In this document: positions 37,431-47,065 of the stretch, one piece after another
How the letters are laid out: each line of letters begins with the position of its first letter
Position numbering within the stretch: the first letter of the stretch is position 1
NCBI GenBank assembly: GCA_965372635.1
Contig: CBDVDA010000001.1
Location: 2,860 to 66,859 of the forward strand
DNA from: an uncultured bacterium
GTDB lineage: Bacteria; Desulfobacterota; JADFVX01
DNA length: 64,000 bases
Direction: 5' to 3'
Translations under genes and position numbers: made by a program
Notes under the pieces: generated by a model
What the model saw: the letters and a program-made list of their open reading frames with translations, nothing else
What the model was told of the DNA's origin: nothing
Database searches by the model: none

Positions 37431-38642
37431 ATGCCGGTGTTCAGATGTAAGGTGGGAGATGAAAGCGGAAAACTCGATGAGAAGGAAATAGAGGCAAGCG
37501 ATAGCAAACAGTTGCGGGAAAGGCTTGAGCAGGAAGGGTTATATGTTTATGAAATAAAGCAAAAGGGCACTTTTCAATTCGCCGTACCGAGTTTTTCGGG
37601 GCTCAAAAAAATCAGTACCGACGAATTTCTTGTCTTCAACCAGCAATTAATGGCTTTGCTTAAAGCCGGTCTGCCCCTGCTTTCATCCCTCGAAACGCTA
37701 GCCAGCCAGGAAGAAACCCCCCACTTTCAAAAAATACTAACTTCCGTTGCTAAAGAGGTTAAAGAAGGGGCTCCTTTTTCAAGTGCCGTTGAAGACTATC
37801 CCAGGGTTTTTTCAAAACTTTATGTTTCTTCACTCCGTGCGGGGGAAAAAAGCGGAGATCTCGTTTTAAATATCTCGAGATACATCGCTTACACAAAAAG
37901 GGTGGAAGAGCTAAAAAAAAAGGTCATTACAGCATCCGTCTATCCATTAATTCTTCTTACCGTTGCAACCTTTGTCATCCTTTTTCTTCTCCTCTATGTG
38001 GTGCCGTCATTCAGCCAGGTTTTTCTTGATGCAGGTACCTCTCTTCCTACGCCGACCCGTATTCTTATTGCCTTTACGGGGTTGGTAAAAAACAATGTAA
38101 TCTTTCTCTCAATACTGTTTATGGCGCTTTATCCTGTGTTTATGTTTGCCAGAAAAAATCAAAACCTTCGCCGGAAGATGGACAAGTTGAAATTGAATAT
38201 TCCCTGGGTCGGGAAAATCATTCATCGTTATGCGGTAGCGAAATTTTGCAGGACCCTTTCAACGATTCTTAAAAGTGGAGATCCCCTTGTTTCCGCTATT
38301 CCCCTGGCAGCAGGCACCCTGGAAAACAGTTATATGGAGGAGAGTGTTGTGGACGCCTCTAAGCGTGTTCGGGAGGGGGTCGGCCTGTCTCAGGCAATGG
38401 CAGACGCGAAATTGATGCCGGCCATGGCGCTGAAGATGATCAACGTCGGTGAATCGAGCGGCTCACTGGAAGAGATGTTTGACAACGTTGCCGATCTTTT
38501 TGAAGAGGAGGTGGATCGGAAATTAAATATTCTCACGTCAACCATCGAGCCCCTGCTTATGCTCAGCATGGGATTGATAGTTGCATTTATTGTTGTAGCC
38601 ATGTATCTTCCTATATTCAAACTTGCCGAGACGGTTAGATAG
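37431..38642 (+). CDS. gspF: Type II secretion / type IV pilus platform protein (GspF/PilC family)
   Basis: 403 aa, with the duplicated GspF cytoplasmic domain and 3 TM layout. Confidence 0.8.
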   Translation: MPVFRCKVGDESGKLDEKEIEASDSKQLRERLEQEGLYVYEIKQKGTFQFAVPSFSGLKKISTDEFLVFNQQLMALLKAGLPLLSSLETLASQEETPHFQKILTSVAKEVKEGAPFSSAVEDYPRVFSKLYVSSLRAGEKSGDLVLNISRYIAYTKRVEELKKKVITASVYPLILLTVATFVILFLLLYVVPSFSQVFLDAGTSLPTPTRILIAFTGLVKNNVIFLSILFMALYPVFMFARKNQNLRRKMDKLKLNIPWVGKIIHRYAVAKFCRTLSTILKSGDPLVSAIPLAAGTLENSYMEESVVDASKRVREGVGLSQAMADAKLMPAMALKMINVGESSGSLEEMFDNVADLFEEEVDRKLNILTSTIEPLLMLSMGLIVAFIVVAMYLPIFKLAETVR

Positions 38643-38653
38643 CAGAGTAGATA

Positions 38654-40366
38654 ATGGCAGAGAGAAAAAAAATAGGTGAAATTCTGGTTGAAATGGGATT
38701 TCTGTCGGATGAGCAACGCCGGGAAGTCCTTTCTCAGGAAATTACGGATGGGAAAAGATTCGGAGAGAGATGTATCGAAGGAGAGCTTCTTGATGATGAA
38801 CAACTCGCCAGAGCTCTCGCAAGGCAAAGTGGGAACGAATTTATCGACTTGTCTGACTTTGAACCTTCTGAAGAGCTTGTAGACGCAGTTCCTCTCGAAC
38901 TTATTCATCGCTATCTTTTCGTTCCTTACCAAAAGGAGGGAAAGAGGCTAACCATTGCCGTTTCCGACCCTACTGACGTTTTGTTAATTGATGAGTTGGA
39001 ACTTCTCCTCGATTTGACCATTGTTGCCGGGGTTTCACCGTCCCAGGCGATTGCGAAAGCGATTAAGGTCTTTGAACGTTCGGGAAGGCTTGTCAAGGAT
39101 GTATCCGCCGGGATGGAGTTGCAGTTGGTTAAAGAGACTGACGACGGCGATGAAGTCCTCTCCATGGAGAAAATATCGGAGGAGATGAGCCCTGTTGTCA
39201 AGCTCGTCGATTCGACAATTCTCGATGCATTAAGCAAGCGAGCTAGTGACATTCATATTGAGAGCACTCGCAAAGGGCTGGAAATCAAATACCGGATAGA
39301 TGGCGTTCTTTACAGCGCTGCCGTCCCTCTCGATACCCAGTTTCAATCTCCCATCATTTCGAGGATTAAGGTAATGTCCGAACTGGACATCTCGGAAAAA
39401 CGGATTCCTCAGGATGGCCGTTTCAAGCTGAGAATCGGAGGGAAGGCGATTGATTTCAGGGTCTCCATCATGCCGAGTATTCACGGTGAAGATGCCGTTA
39501 TCAGGATTCTGGACAAAGAGTCGATCGGTGCTGAAATTCAAAAGCTGAGCCTCGAATCTGTCGGATTTCACGAGGATGAAATTGTTCGATTCCGTAAAAT
39601 GATTCGGGAACCCTACGGTATGGTGCTTGTGACGGGGCCGACGGGAAGCGGAAAAACGACGACTCTTTATGCGGCCCTGACGGAGATCAACAGCGTTGAG
39701 GAAAAAATCATTACCATTGAAGACCCTGTCGAATATAATCTTGACGGCATCGTACAGATACCGGTTAATGAAAAAAAAGGCCTTACCTTTGCAAAGGGCC
39801 TCCGGTCGATTTTACGTCATGACCCGGATAAGATTATGGTAGGAGAGATAAGGGATGTGGAAACTGCGCAAATAGCGATCCAGTCCGCCCTGACGGGCCA
39901 TCTGGTCTTTACTACTGTTCATGCCAACAACGCCTTTGACGTTATCGGACGCTTCCTGCATATGAACATGGAGCCCTATAATTTCGTATCGTCCCTGAAT
40001 TGTATCCTGGCTCAAAGACTGGTTAGAAAGCTCTGCGAAAAGTGCAAGCAGGAAGTCAAACTATCACGGGAAGAGATGGAAGAATCCCACTTCGACTACG
40101 AAAAATATAAAGATCATACCTTTTTTGATGCAAAAGGGTGCGGTGACTGTAATTATACAGGCTACAGGGGGAGGTCGGCAATCGTTGAACTGCTCGACCT
40201 TACGGAGGAAATTCGGGAACTGATTCTGGAAAAAGCCTCAACGGCAAAATTGAAAGCGGCGGCTGCCAAGTCAGGCACCACTTTTTTAAGGGGCGCCGCC
40301 GTCAGAAAAGTGTTGAGTGGCGAGACGACTCTGAAAGAAATAAATCGCGTCACCTTTGTTGACTGA
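38654..40366 (+). CDS. gspE: Type II secretion / type IV pilus assembly ATPase (GspE/PilB family) with an MshEN-like N-terminal domain
   Basis: Walker A GPTGSGKTTTLYAAL and tetracysteine CEKCKQ...CGDCNYTGYRGR. The N-terminus has two RxGE(I/L)LV..G.(L/I)...QL..AL..Q-type motifs (KIGEILVEMGFLSDEQRREVLSQ, RFGERCIEGELLDDEQLARALARQ), as in c-di-GMP-binding MshEN domains. Confidence 0.85.
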   Translation: MAERKKIGEILVEMGFLSDEQRREVLSQEITDGKRFGERCIEGELLDDEQLARALARQSGNEFIDLSDFEPSEELVDAVPLELIHRYLFVPYQKEGKRLTIAVSDPTDVLLIDELELLLDLTIVAGVSPSQAIAKAIKVFERSGRLVKDVSAGMELQLVKETDDGDEVLSMEKISEEMSPVVKLVDSTILDALSKRASDIHIESTRKGLEIKYRIDGVLYSAAVPLDTQFQSPIISRIKVMSELDISEKRIPQDGRFKLRIGGKAIDFRVSIMPSIHGEDAVIRILDKESIGAEIQKLSLESVGFHEDEIVRFRKMIREPYGMVLVTGPTGSGKTTTLYAALTEINSVEEKIITIEDPVEYNLDGIVQIPVNEKKGLTFAKGLRSILRHDPDKIMVGEIRDVETAQIAIQSALTGHLVFTTVHANNAFDVIGRFLHMNMEPYNFVSSLNCILAQRLVRKLCEKCKQEVKLSREEMEESHFDYEKYKDHTFFDAKGCGDCNYTGYRGRSAIVELLDLTEEIRELILEKASTAKLKAAAAKSGTTFLRGAAVRKVLSGETTLKEINRVTFVD

Positions 40367-40377
40367 AGATAATATCC

Positions 40378-41268
40378 ATGTTCTTTAACCGTACTCACAA
40401 AACTATCGACATCACATCCGATTCTGTACGTTTCGTGGAAATTGAAGGTTCCGGATCCATGCCGCGACTCATTCATGCCGCTACAGATGACCTTCCCGAC
40501 GGACTTGTTGTCCCCTCCTTTGCCAAATCAAATATTAGCGACCGGGAATTGCTGAAGGAAAAAATCTCCGCGCTTATTCCGGATAAAAAAAGAGGTGGAG
40601 ACATTGCGCTTTGCCTCCCTGACTCTCTCGTGAAAATCACGTCTCTCAGCTTTGAGGATTTGCCGGCCAAAAAAGACGAAGCGACAAAATTGATTCTCTG
40701 GCGCTTAAAAAAAACAGTGCCTCTCCCAACGGAACTCATAAAAATCGATTATGCAATCCTTTCGCAGGAAGAGGCCGGGGTACAAGTACTGACGGCTGCC
40801 GCCTCCAAAACAGTAATCAGGGAGTATGAAGATGTTTTGCGGGAGCTCGGTTTTCGACCCCGTCTGGTGGATATAGCCACCCTGAGCGCCCTTTTTCTTT
40901 ACAAAAAAACGATTGATGATAATTCACTCTTTATCAACTTTAAAGATAACATCATGAGCTTTGCCTTTCTGGTCGAAGGCAAAGTAGAATTTTTCCGGAG
41001 TAAAGAAATGGACTCTACGCCTGCTACTGTTGAGAAGGAATTTGCGTCTACTTATCGGTACTATCAAGCAAATTTTCGGGAACAGGGCGTCGATAATATT
41101 TGTGTCCATTTGGCCGGTGAAAATTCAGATGAGATTCTGAGCGCTTTAAAGAACAGTTTTGAAGGGGAAATTGCAGTTCTCCGGTTATTGGATTTTGCAT
41201 CCTGCCCTGCATCTTTAACAACCGATGAAAACTACTCGTCGGCAATCGGCCTTGCTCTCACGCTTTAA
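40378..41268 (+). CDS. PilM-like actin-fold assembly protein (GspL cytoplasmic-domain analogue)
   Basis: 296 aa. Sits in the pilM position ahead of single-TM PilN/PilO-like genes. Confidence 0.6.
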   Translation: MFFNRTHKTIDITSDSVRFVEIEGSGSMPRLIHAATDDLPDGLVVPSFAKSNISDRELLKEKISALIPDKKRGGDIALCLPDSLVKITSLSFEDLPAKKDEATKLILWRLKKTVPLPTELIKIDYAILSQEEAGVQVLTAAASKTVIREYEDVLRELGFRPRLVDIATLSALFLYKKTIDDNSLFINFKDNIMSFAFLVEGKVEFFRSKEMDSTPATVEKEFASTYRYYQANFREQGVDNICVHLAGENSDEILSALKNSFEGEIAVLRLLDFASCPASLTTDENYSSAIGLALTL

Positions 41269-41302
41269 TGTTCTACTTGAATTTTTAACATAAATATTTG
41301 GA

Positions 41303-41869
41303 ATGATTTCTTTTAACCTGGCCACATACGAATATACAGACAAGAGGGTAGCCCTCCTGATAGCGGTTTTTATTTCTTGCACCTTGGTTTTATTTGCCGG
41401 CTACAATTACATAGTTTACGAAAAATCAAAGGTGCAATCTGATCGTGCCCTGAAAGAGGTAAAAAAAATACAAAAAGATATCTCTCTTATTAAAAAACAA
41501 ATCGAGGAAAGCAAAAAAGGGAAAGACAGCGCCATCGGAGGACGTTATGAAGAGAAGCTTTCGGATAAGATACTCTGGCTAAATGAAATTATAGGAAGAA
41601 AAGCATTTTCCTGGAGTCAATTGTTGTATTCTCTGGAGAAGGCGTCCCCTCCTCGTATCGCAATTAAAACAATAAGACCAAATTTTTCCGGAAAAAAGAT
41701 TAGAATCATCGGCCAAGCGAAAGATGTGGCTGCTATTACAACCTTTGTAGATAGTCTTCAGGGGACTAAATATATTACGAAAAGTTTTCTCTTGAAAGAG
41801 AATATTGTCATTGTAGAAAAAAAATATGAAGCCGTTGATTTTGAAATTGAATGTGAAGGAAATTTTTGA
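41303..41869 (+). CDS. PilN-like bitopic inner-membrane protein
   Basis: N-terminal TM (LLIAVFISCTLVLFAGYNYIVY) followed by a coiled-coil. 188 aa. Confidence 0.55.
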   Translation: MISFNLATYEYTDKRVALLIAVFISCTLVLFAGYNYIVYEKSKVQSDRALKEVKKIQKDISLIKKQIEESKKGKDSAIGGRYEEKLSDKILWLNEIIGRKAFSWSQLLYSLEKASPPRIAIKTIRPNFSGKKIRIIGQAKDVAAITTFVDSLQGTKYITKSFLLKENIVIVEKKYEAVDFEIECEGNF

Positions 41870-42429
41870 GAATGTTACAGTCGGCACAAAAATATTTTAA
41901 TGAAAACAGGGGAGGATACAGCACAGCGCTATTACTTCTTCTTGCCAATATAATTTTTTATTTTGCCATTGTTGCACCCAACTCGACGAGAATAGAACAG
42001 TCAAAGCTGGAATATTTTAACCTCAGAAAATCGCACGCGAAAATAGAAAACGAACTTCTGGAAACGAAAGCGCGTATAATCAATATCGGCGCTATGGAAA
42101 CCGATATAAAGCAATTTCTGGGAGAACTGCCCACACCCTCGGCCATGACCGGACTCGGGCGGGCGATTCACAAGCTAGCGAAAAAAAACAGGTTGGAAAT
42201 GAGATCGGTCAAGTATTCACTCCCTCAAAAGAAGAAGGAGGACATTCTTGTCTATGCCGTTTCACTCCCTGTAACCGGCAGCTATAAACAGGTCAGGCGT
42301 TTCATCTACCACCTTGAGAAAATGCCTTATCTTATGACCATAGACAACCTCAATCTGTCTGCCAGTAAAGGCAATAAAGTTTCTTTGAACCTGAATATTT
42401 CCTTTTATTTCAAGGCGGCAAAAGGATGA
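41866..42429 (+). CDS. PilO/GspM-like bitopic inner-membrane protein
   Basis: TM (ALLLLLANIIFYFAIVAP), then coiled-coil and a ferredoxin-like C-terminus. Overlaps the previous stop. Confidence 0.55.
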   Translation: MRMLQSAQKYFNENRGGYSTALLLLLANIIFYFAIVAPNSTRIEQSKLEYFNLRKSHAKIENELLETKARIINIGAMETDIKQFLGELPTPSAMTGLGRAIHKLAKKNRLEMRSVKYSLPQKKKEDILVYAVSLPVTGSYKQVRRFIYHLEKMPYLMTIDNLNLSASKGNKVSLNLNISFYFKAAKG

Positions 42430-43214
42430 AAAAGGAACCGGTTATTCTTGCGGCACTTTTGATCATTTTAGTTGCAGTTTTTATGAGCAATATACAGGGC
42501 TCGAAAGAAAGACGGATTGGAGAACTTACATTCAAAACGGGCACGCAAACTTTGGAAAGCGAAAATATAAAAAAAAGTGAGGGCGAAGGTTCCCTCCGCA
42601 TCGATAAGAAAAATTTTCCACCCAAACGAGCGTCTTTTAAACTTGGGAATCAAAATATATTTCGACCGCTTCTTTATGTGACGCGGTCGGCGCCTGCCCC
42701 GGCAATTACACAATCCGTGCCCCCTATCATGGTATCAACCCCTAATCTCACAGTTTTTGTAGGAATAGACGCCGAGGTTCCCGTAACAAATGCACAGGGA
42801 ACTCTAAGTGTTGTTTTCAATCCCGACGGAATAGGCGCAGCCAGCGGCACATCATCTCCCCTCACTTTTTCCTGTCTTGTAACGGGTCGTACCGTGGCGA
42901 CTATATCCGATGGAAATAGTTCGGTTACTCTTAATCTGGACTGCGACCTCAGGCCTCCGGAAAAGAAACTGGCCAGCTTTATCTTTCTTGGTTTTTTGGA
43001 GTCGGAGAAGGAAAAGACGATCTTTTTGTCGAAGGATGGAGAGATATTTGTTGTCAAGAGAGGGGATACCCTCGTGAAAAAGAGTGCTACTATTCCGCAG
43101 GATTATGTGGTAAAAATAATAACCGATGAAAAAGTAGTCATTTCATCGTCTGACGGGTCTGATTTAATGGAAATCAGCCTTATTGAAAATGAGCCTCTTC
43201 TCAGGAACAAATAG
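42426..43214 (+). CDS. PilP/GspC-like periplasmic secretin-interacting protein
   Basis: N-terminal TM/signal. C-terminal beta-domain with a SFIFLGFL...IFVVKRGDTLV...YVVKII pattern reminiscent of PilP. Confidence 0.5.
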   Translation: MKKEPVILAALLIILVAVFMSNIQGSKERRIGELTFKTGTQTLESENIKKSEGEGSLRIDKKNFPPKRASFKLGNQNIFRPLLYVTRSAPAPAITQSVPPIMVSTPNLTVFVGIDAEVPVTNAQGTLSVVFNPDGIGAASGTSSPLTFSCLVTGRTVATISDGNSSVTLNLDCDLRPPEKKLASFIFLGFLESEKEKTIFLSKDGEIFVVKRGDTLVKKSATIPQDYVVKIITDEKVVISSSDGSDLMEISLIENEPLLRNK

Positions 43215-43230
43215 GAAGGAGATATTTCAG

Positions 43231-45573
43231 ATGTTTTTCAGAACAGATAGTGCAAAGAAAATAACACTATTTTTAATTATTGCTCTCACGTTGGCCGGGT
43301 GCTCTACGATGAAGATAAAGACGGCAATGAGAGATGGGGATACGCTGGCATTGCAGGAACGGTGGGACGAGGCTCTGGACAGATACCTGGAGGTTGCGGA
43401 ACAAATGCCGCAAGACAAAGAATACCGACTCAAGGTGGAAAAAGCCAAGTATGAAGCGTCCCTTATCCATATAAAAAAGGGGGAGGACCTGCTAGGCAAA
43501 AAAGATTATGACAGGGCGCTGCTGGAATTTCAGGTGGCAGCAATGCTTAATCCATCGCTCAGAAAGGCGAAAGATCTCGGAGCCAGGGCAAAAAAGCAAA
43601 AAGACGCTGATTATTATTACAGAACGGGACTCACCTTTATTGAATCGAACAAAAAAAATGAGGCGCGGGCGGCCTTTAAAAAGGTGCTCTTTCTCGACCC
43701 CAAACGTGATGATGCGGCAACGGCGCTTGAAAAACTGAAAAAAGAGAGAAAAACGGTTGTCGGCGGCTATGAATTAAACCTGAAAAGTGATAAGCCGATT
43801 ACGTTAAAATTCAAAAGTACGGCCATTACGGATGTTTTTGACATTATTTCCAAACTCTCGGGCATCAACTTTATTCTCGATGAGGGGGTCAAAAGGAAGA
43901 AAGCCACCCTCTATATCGAGGATGCAACCTTCGAACAGGCACTCGACCTTGTGCTGATGACGAATCGGCTTTTCAAGAAGGTAGTCAACGAAAATACAAT
44001 CATCATAATTCCTAATACCAAACAAAAACGGCAGCAGTATGAGGATCTTATCATCCATACTTTTTATCTTTCCAGCCTGGATGCAAAAAAAGCGGTCAAC
44101 CTCTTGAGGACATTGCTCCAGATCAAAAGCATCTATGTAAATGAAATGTTGAATACCATCGTTGTCAGGGATACCCCCGAAGTCATTGCCTTGGCGGAAA
44201 AAGTGCTGCAAGCGAATGATCAACCCGATGCGGAGATAATGCTGGAAGTTGAAATCCTCGAAGTGCAAAAGAGTGCTACGGAAAACCTGGGATTGGATTT
44301 GTCACCTGATACTATCACAGCAGGTCTGAGAGAGGGGGGCGTTAGTGGTAGTAAAGAACTCACATATAATACTCTGAAAAAATTTTCAAGGTCGGATATG
44401 CTGTTCAGTATTCCTGATTTTGTAATCAATCTCCAGAAAAGTCAAGGCAAGGCGAACCTTCTCGCCAATCCCAGGATCAGGGTTGCAAACAAGAAAAAGG
44501 CAAAGATACATGTTGGTGACAGGGTACCTACAATTACTTCGACGGTTAATAACAATGTTGTCACTGAAAATGTAACCTATGTGGATGTAGGTGTTAAGCT
44601 CAATATAGAACCGACCATTCACAACGATAATGATGTAACGCTGAAGATAAAAATGGAAATTAGTTCCGTAGGAGAAACCATTAAAACAAGTCAAAGCACG
44701 GTGTTTAGAATAGGAACGCGGAATGCGGAAACAGAACTCCGTTTGCATGATGGTGAGACACAGGTAATCGGGGGGTTGATAAGTGAAACAGAAAGGACTT
44801 CTACTGTTAAAGTACCCTTTTTTGGTGAAATCCCTGTCCTTGGAAGATTATTTTCATCTTCCAATGATACAAAAGAAAAAACAGAGATCGTTCTTACTAT
44901 AACACCTCACATCGTTAGAGAAAGAAAGATTGCCGATCCGGAATTTTTGAATATTTGGTCCGGCAAGGCCCAGGAACTCTCGTCAAAACCGCCCTTCTCC
45001 AGCTTCATCGAAGAAGAGGCGTTTCTTGACTTACCGCCTCCCGGGGCGGGTTTGATTGGTACAGAGCCACTTGGGACGATGGGCGCTATTGCCGTTCCTC
45101 ACAGTCCGGAAGAAGAGAATCAGGAAGCGGAGATCGCACCGGCACCTGTTGGCGACGGGGGGGGCGCATCGCTCATCATTGACGGCCCTGTTTCCGTTAA
45201 CAATAATGATGAATTTAATCTCGTTGTTTCTCTTAGCAGTTCCGAAAATGTAACCAGTGTACCCTTTTATCTCAGATACGATGCGGCGCTTATAAGCTTT
45301 ATTCGGGCCACCGAAGGGGATTTCTTAAAAAGAGACGGTAAATCGACGGCATTCATGTTTAATGATGATAAGAAAAGGGGCAGGGTTATTGTTGGCAGCT
45401 CAAGGCTGGGTGATCAGATCGGAATAAACGGCCAGGGAACGGTTATGACCGTAGCATTCAAGGCAATCAAGGCTGGGAGAGCAAAGTTTCACCTGGAGAA
45501 TTACAGGATTACCGGAACGGAGGGAAAAGTCATCCAGACCACGGTTACTGAAAAAAGCGTCCAAATTTTATGA
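43231..45573 (+). CDS. Outer-membrane secretin (GspD/PilQ family) fused to an N-terminal lipoprotein TPR module and carrying a C-terminal extra beta-domain
   Basis: Lipoprotein signal LTLAGCST. About 150 aa of TPR-like helices. Secretin N-domain (ITDVFDIISKLSGINFILDE), secretin signature (VPFFGEIPVLGRLF), then about 230 aa of beta-rich extension. Start set at MFFRTDSAKK (43231). Confidence 0.8.
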   Translation: MFFRTDSAKKITLFLIIALTLAGCSTMKIKTAMRDGDTLALQERWDEALDRYLEVAEQMPQDKEYRLKVEKAKYEASLIHIKKGEDLLGKKDYDRALLEFQVAAMLNPSLRKAKDLGARAKKQKDADYYYRTGLTFIESNKKNEARAAFKKVLFLDPKRDDAATALEKLKKERKTVVGGYELNLKSDKPITLKFKSTAITDVFDIISKLSGINFILDEGVKRKKATLYIEDATFEQALDLVLMTNRLFKKVVNENTIIIIPNTKQKRQQYEDLIIHTFYLSSLDAKKAVNLLRTLLQIKSIYVNEMLNTIVVRDTPEVIALAEKVLQANDQPDAEIMLEVEILEVQKSATENLGLDLSPDTITAGLREGGVSGSKELTYNTLKKFSRSDMLFSIPDFVINLQKSQGKANLLANPRIRVANKKKAKIHVGDRVPTITSTVNNNVVTENVTYVDVGVKLNIEPTIHNDNDVTLKIKMEISSVGETIKTSQSTVFRIGTRNAETELRLHDGETQVIGGLISETERTSTVKVPFFGEIPVLGRLFSSSNDTKEKTEIVLTITPHIVRERKIADPEFLNIWSGKAQELSSKPPFSSFIEEEAFLDLPPPGAGLIGTEPLGTMGAIAVPHSPEEENQEAEIAPAPVGDGGGASLIIDGPVSVNNNDEFNLVVSLSSSENVTSVPFYLRYDAALISFIRATEGDFLKRDGKSTAFMFNDDKKRGRVIVGSSRLGDQIGINGQGTVMTVAFKAIKAGRAKFHLENYRITGTEGKVIQTTVTEKSVQIL

Positions 45574-45587
45574 AGATAGGGCCAAAA

Positions 45588-46067
45588 ATGGTCTGTCGTA
45601 AGGGAAAAGGGGTCACGTTTATTGAGCTTTTGATCGTTCTTACAATACTTTCTCTTCTTGCCTCAGTTGTTTTACCCCTCGGCCAGATTAGCAAAAAAAG
45701 GGCGAAAGAATATGAGTTGAAGAGCCGCCTTAGAACCATCCGATCTGCCATCGATGCCTATCAGAAAGTCTATGATGAAAAGAGGATAATGAATGTAATC
45801 GGGCGCTCGGGATATCCTGAGACATTGCTGGAACTGGTTGAAGGGATGGAAGATGTAAGAGACCCGGAAGGGAAGATGATCTACTTTTTGAGACGGCTGC
45901 CGCGTGACCCGATGAATAACAATGAATTCCTTGCCCCTGAAGAGACATGGGAAACGAGGGCCTATGAAGGAGAACCCGATGATTTTTCTGGTGGCGACGA
46001 TGTTTTTGATATTCGTTCAATGAGTTATGATATTGCACTGGACGGTACTGAGTACAAGGAGTGGTAA
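45588..46067 (+). CDS. GspG-like pseudopilin (prepilin leader, Glu5, LPRDP motif)
   Basis: MVCRKGKG|VTFIELLIVLTILSLLASVV, later RLPRDPMNN. 160 aa. Confidence 0.7.
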   Translation: MVCRKGKGVTFIELLIVLTILSLLASVVLPLGQISKKRAKEYELKSRLRTIRSAIDAYQKVYDEKRIMNVIGRSGYPETLLELVEGMEDVRDPEGKMIYFLRRLPRDPMNNNEFLAPEETWETRAYEGEPDDFSGGDDVFDIRSMSYDIALDGTEYKEW

Positions 46068-46070
46068 CCG

Positions 46071-46466
46071 GTGGCGAAACTAAAAAAGAAGTCAGGGGAA
46101 GAGAAGGGGTTCACCCTCATAGAGCTACTGATCGTAATGAGCATCGTTGCCATCCTGTTGACAATTGCACAGCCCATGTACAGGGAATCAACGATCAAGG
46201 CGAGGGAAACCGTTTTAATGGAAAACCTCTTTACCCTACGGGATGTTATCGACCAGTTTTACGTCGATAAAAGCCGCTATCCTGACTCTCTAGAGGAACT
46301 GACCGACCTCGGTTATATAAGAACACTTCCCAAAGACCCCTTTACCCGCTCTTCCGAAAGCTGGCAATTAATCCCCCCCTCTGAAGGTTATGAAGGCGGT
46401 GTCTATGATGTACACAGCGGCAGTGATTTGGTTGCACTTAACGGCACCCCTTATAATGAGTGGTAA
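46071..46466 (+). CDS. gspG: Major pseudopilin GspG
   Basis: GTG start. KG|FTLIELLIVMSIVAILLTIAQPMY and TLPKDPF motif. 131 aa. Confidence 0.8.
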   Translation: MAKLKKKSGEEKGFTLIELLIVMSIVAILLTIAQPMYRESTIKARETVLMENLFTLRDVIDQFYVDKSRYPDSLEELTDLGYIRTLPKDPFTRSSESWQLIPPSEGYEGGVYDVHSGSDLVALNGTPYNEW

Positions 46467-46537
46467 AAAATCCCCGGCAGGCATTTTGTGTCGTGAAAAT
46501 AGAATAACTTTCCCTAATATTTTTAGTTGTTCAAGCA

Positions 46538-47026
46538 ATGGCTGGAGTGGTGAAAAGAGCAACGTCTGAAGAAGGTTTTACTTATATACATCTCCTCCTC
46601 ATGGTTGTAGTCATGGGAATATCCCTCTCCGCAATGGGCCGTTACTGGAGCTATCTCGATAAAAAGGACAAGGAGGCGGAATTGCTGTTCAGGGGAGACC
46701 AGTATATGAGGGCCATAGACTCCTATTTCAAACGCTCACACGGCAAAGTCAATATCTACCCGAAAAAATTGGAAGACCTGTTAAAAGACCCGAGGAGCCT
46801 TGCGCCGAGGCGACATCTTCGCAAGATTTATAAAGATCCCATGACGGGAGAGGCTGACTGGGTTCCCATTCTTGACCCGGCAAGCAAGCGGATAAAAGGC
46901 GTCAAAAGCCGCAGTGAAGAGATGCCGCTGAAAACAGACGGGTTTCCAAAAATCTATCAAGCCTTTAAAGATAAAGGGAGTTATAGTGACTGGGTCTTTG
47001 TCCACAAGCCCGGGATGAAATGGTAG
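46538..47026 (+). CDS. Minor pseudopilin-like protein that lacks Glu5
   Basis: EEG|FTYIHLLLMVVVMGISLSAMG. Prepilin-type N-terminus with His at +5. 162 aa. Confidence 0.55.
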   Translation: MAGVVKRATSEEGFTYIHLLLMVVVMGISLSAMGRYWSYLDKKDKEAELLFRGDQYMRAIDSYFKRSHGKVNIYPKKLEDLLKDPRSLAPRRHLRKIYKDPMTGEADWVPILDPASKRIKGVKSRSEEMPLKTDGFPKIYQAFKDKGSYSDWVFVHKPGMKW

Positions 47027-47065
47027 TATTTAGCCCTTCCAATTCCTTGAAAGCAACCATCCTTA

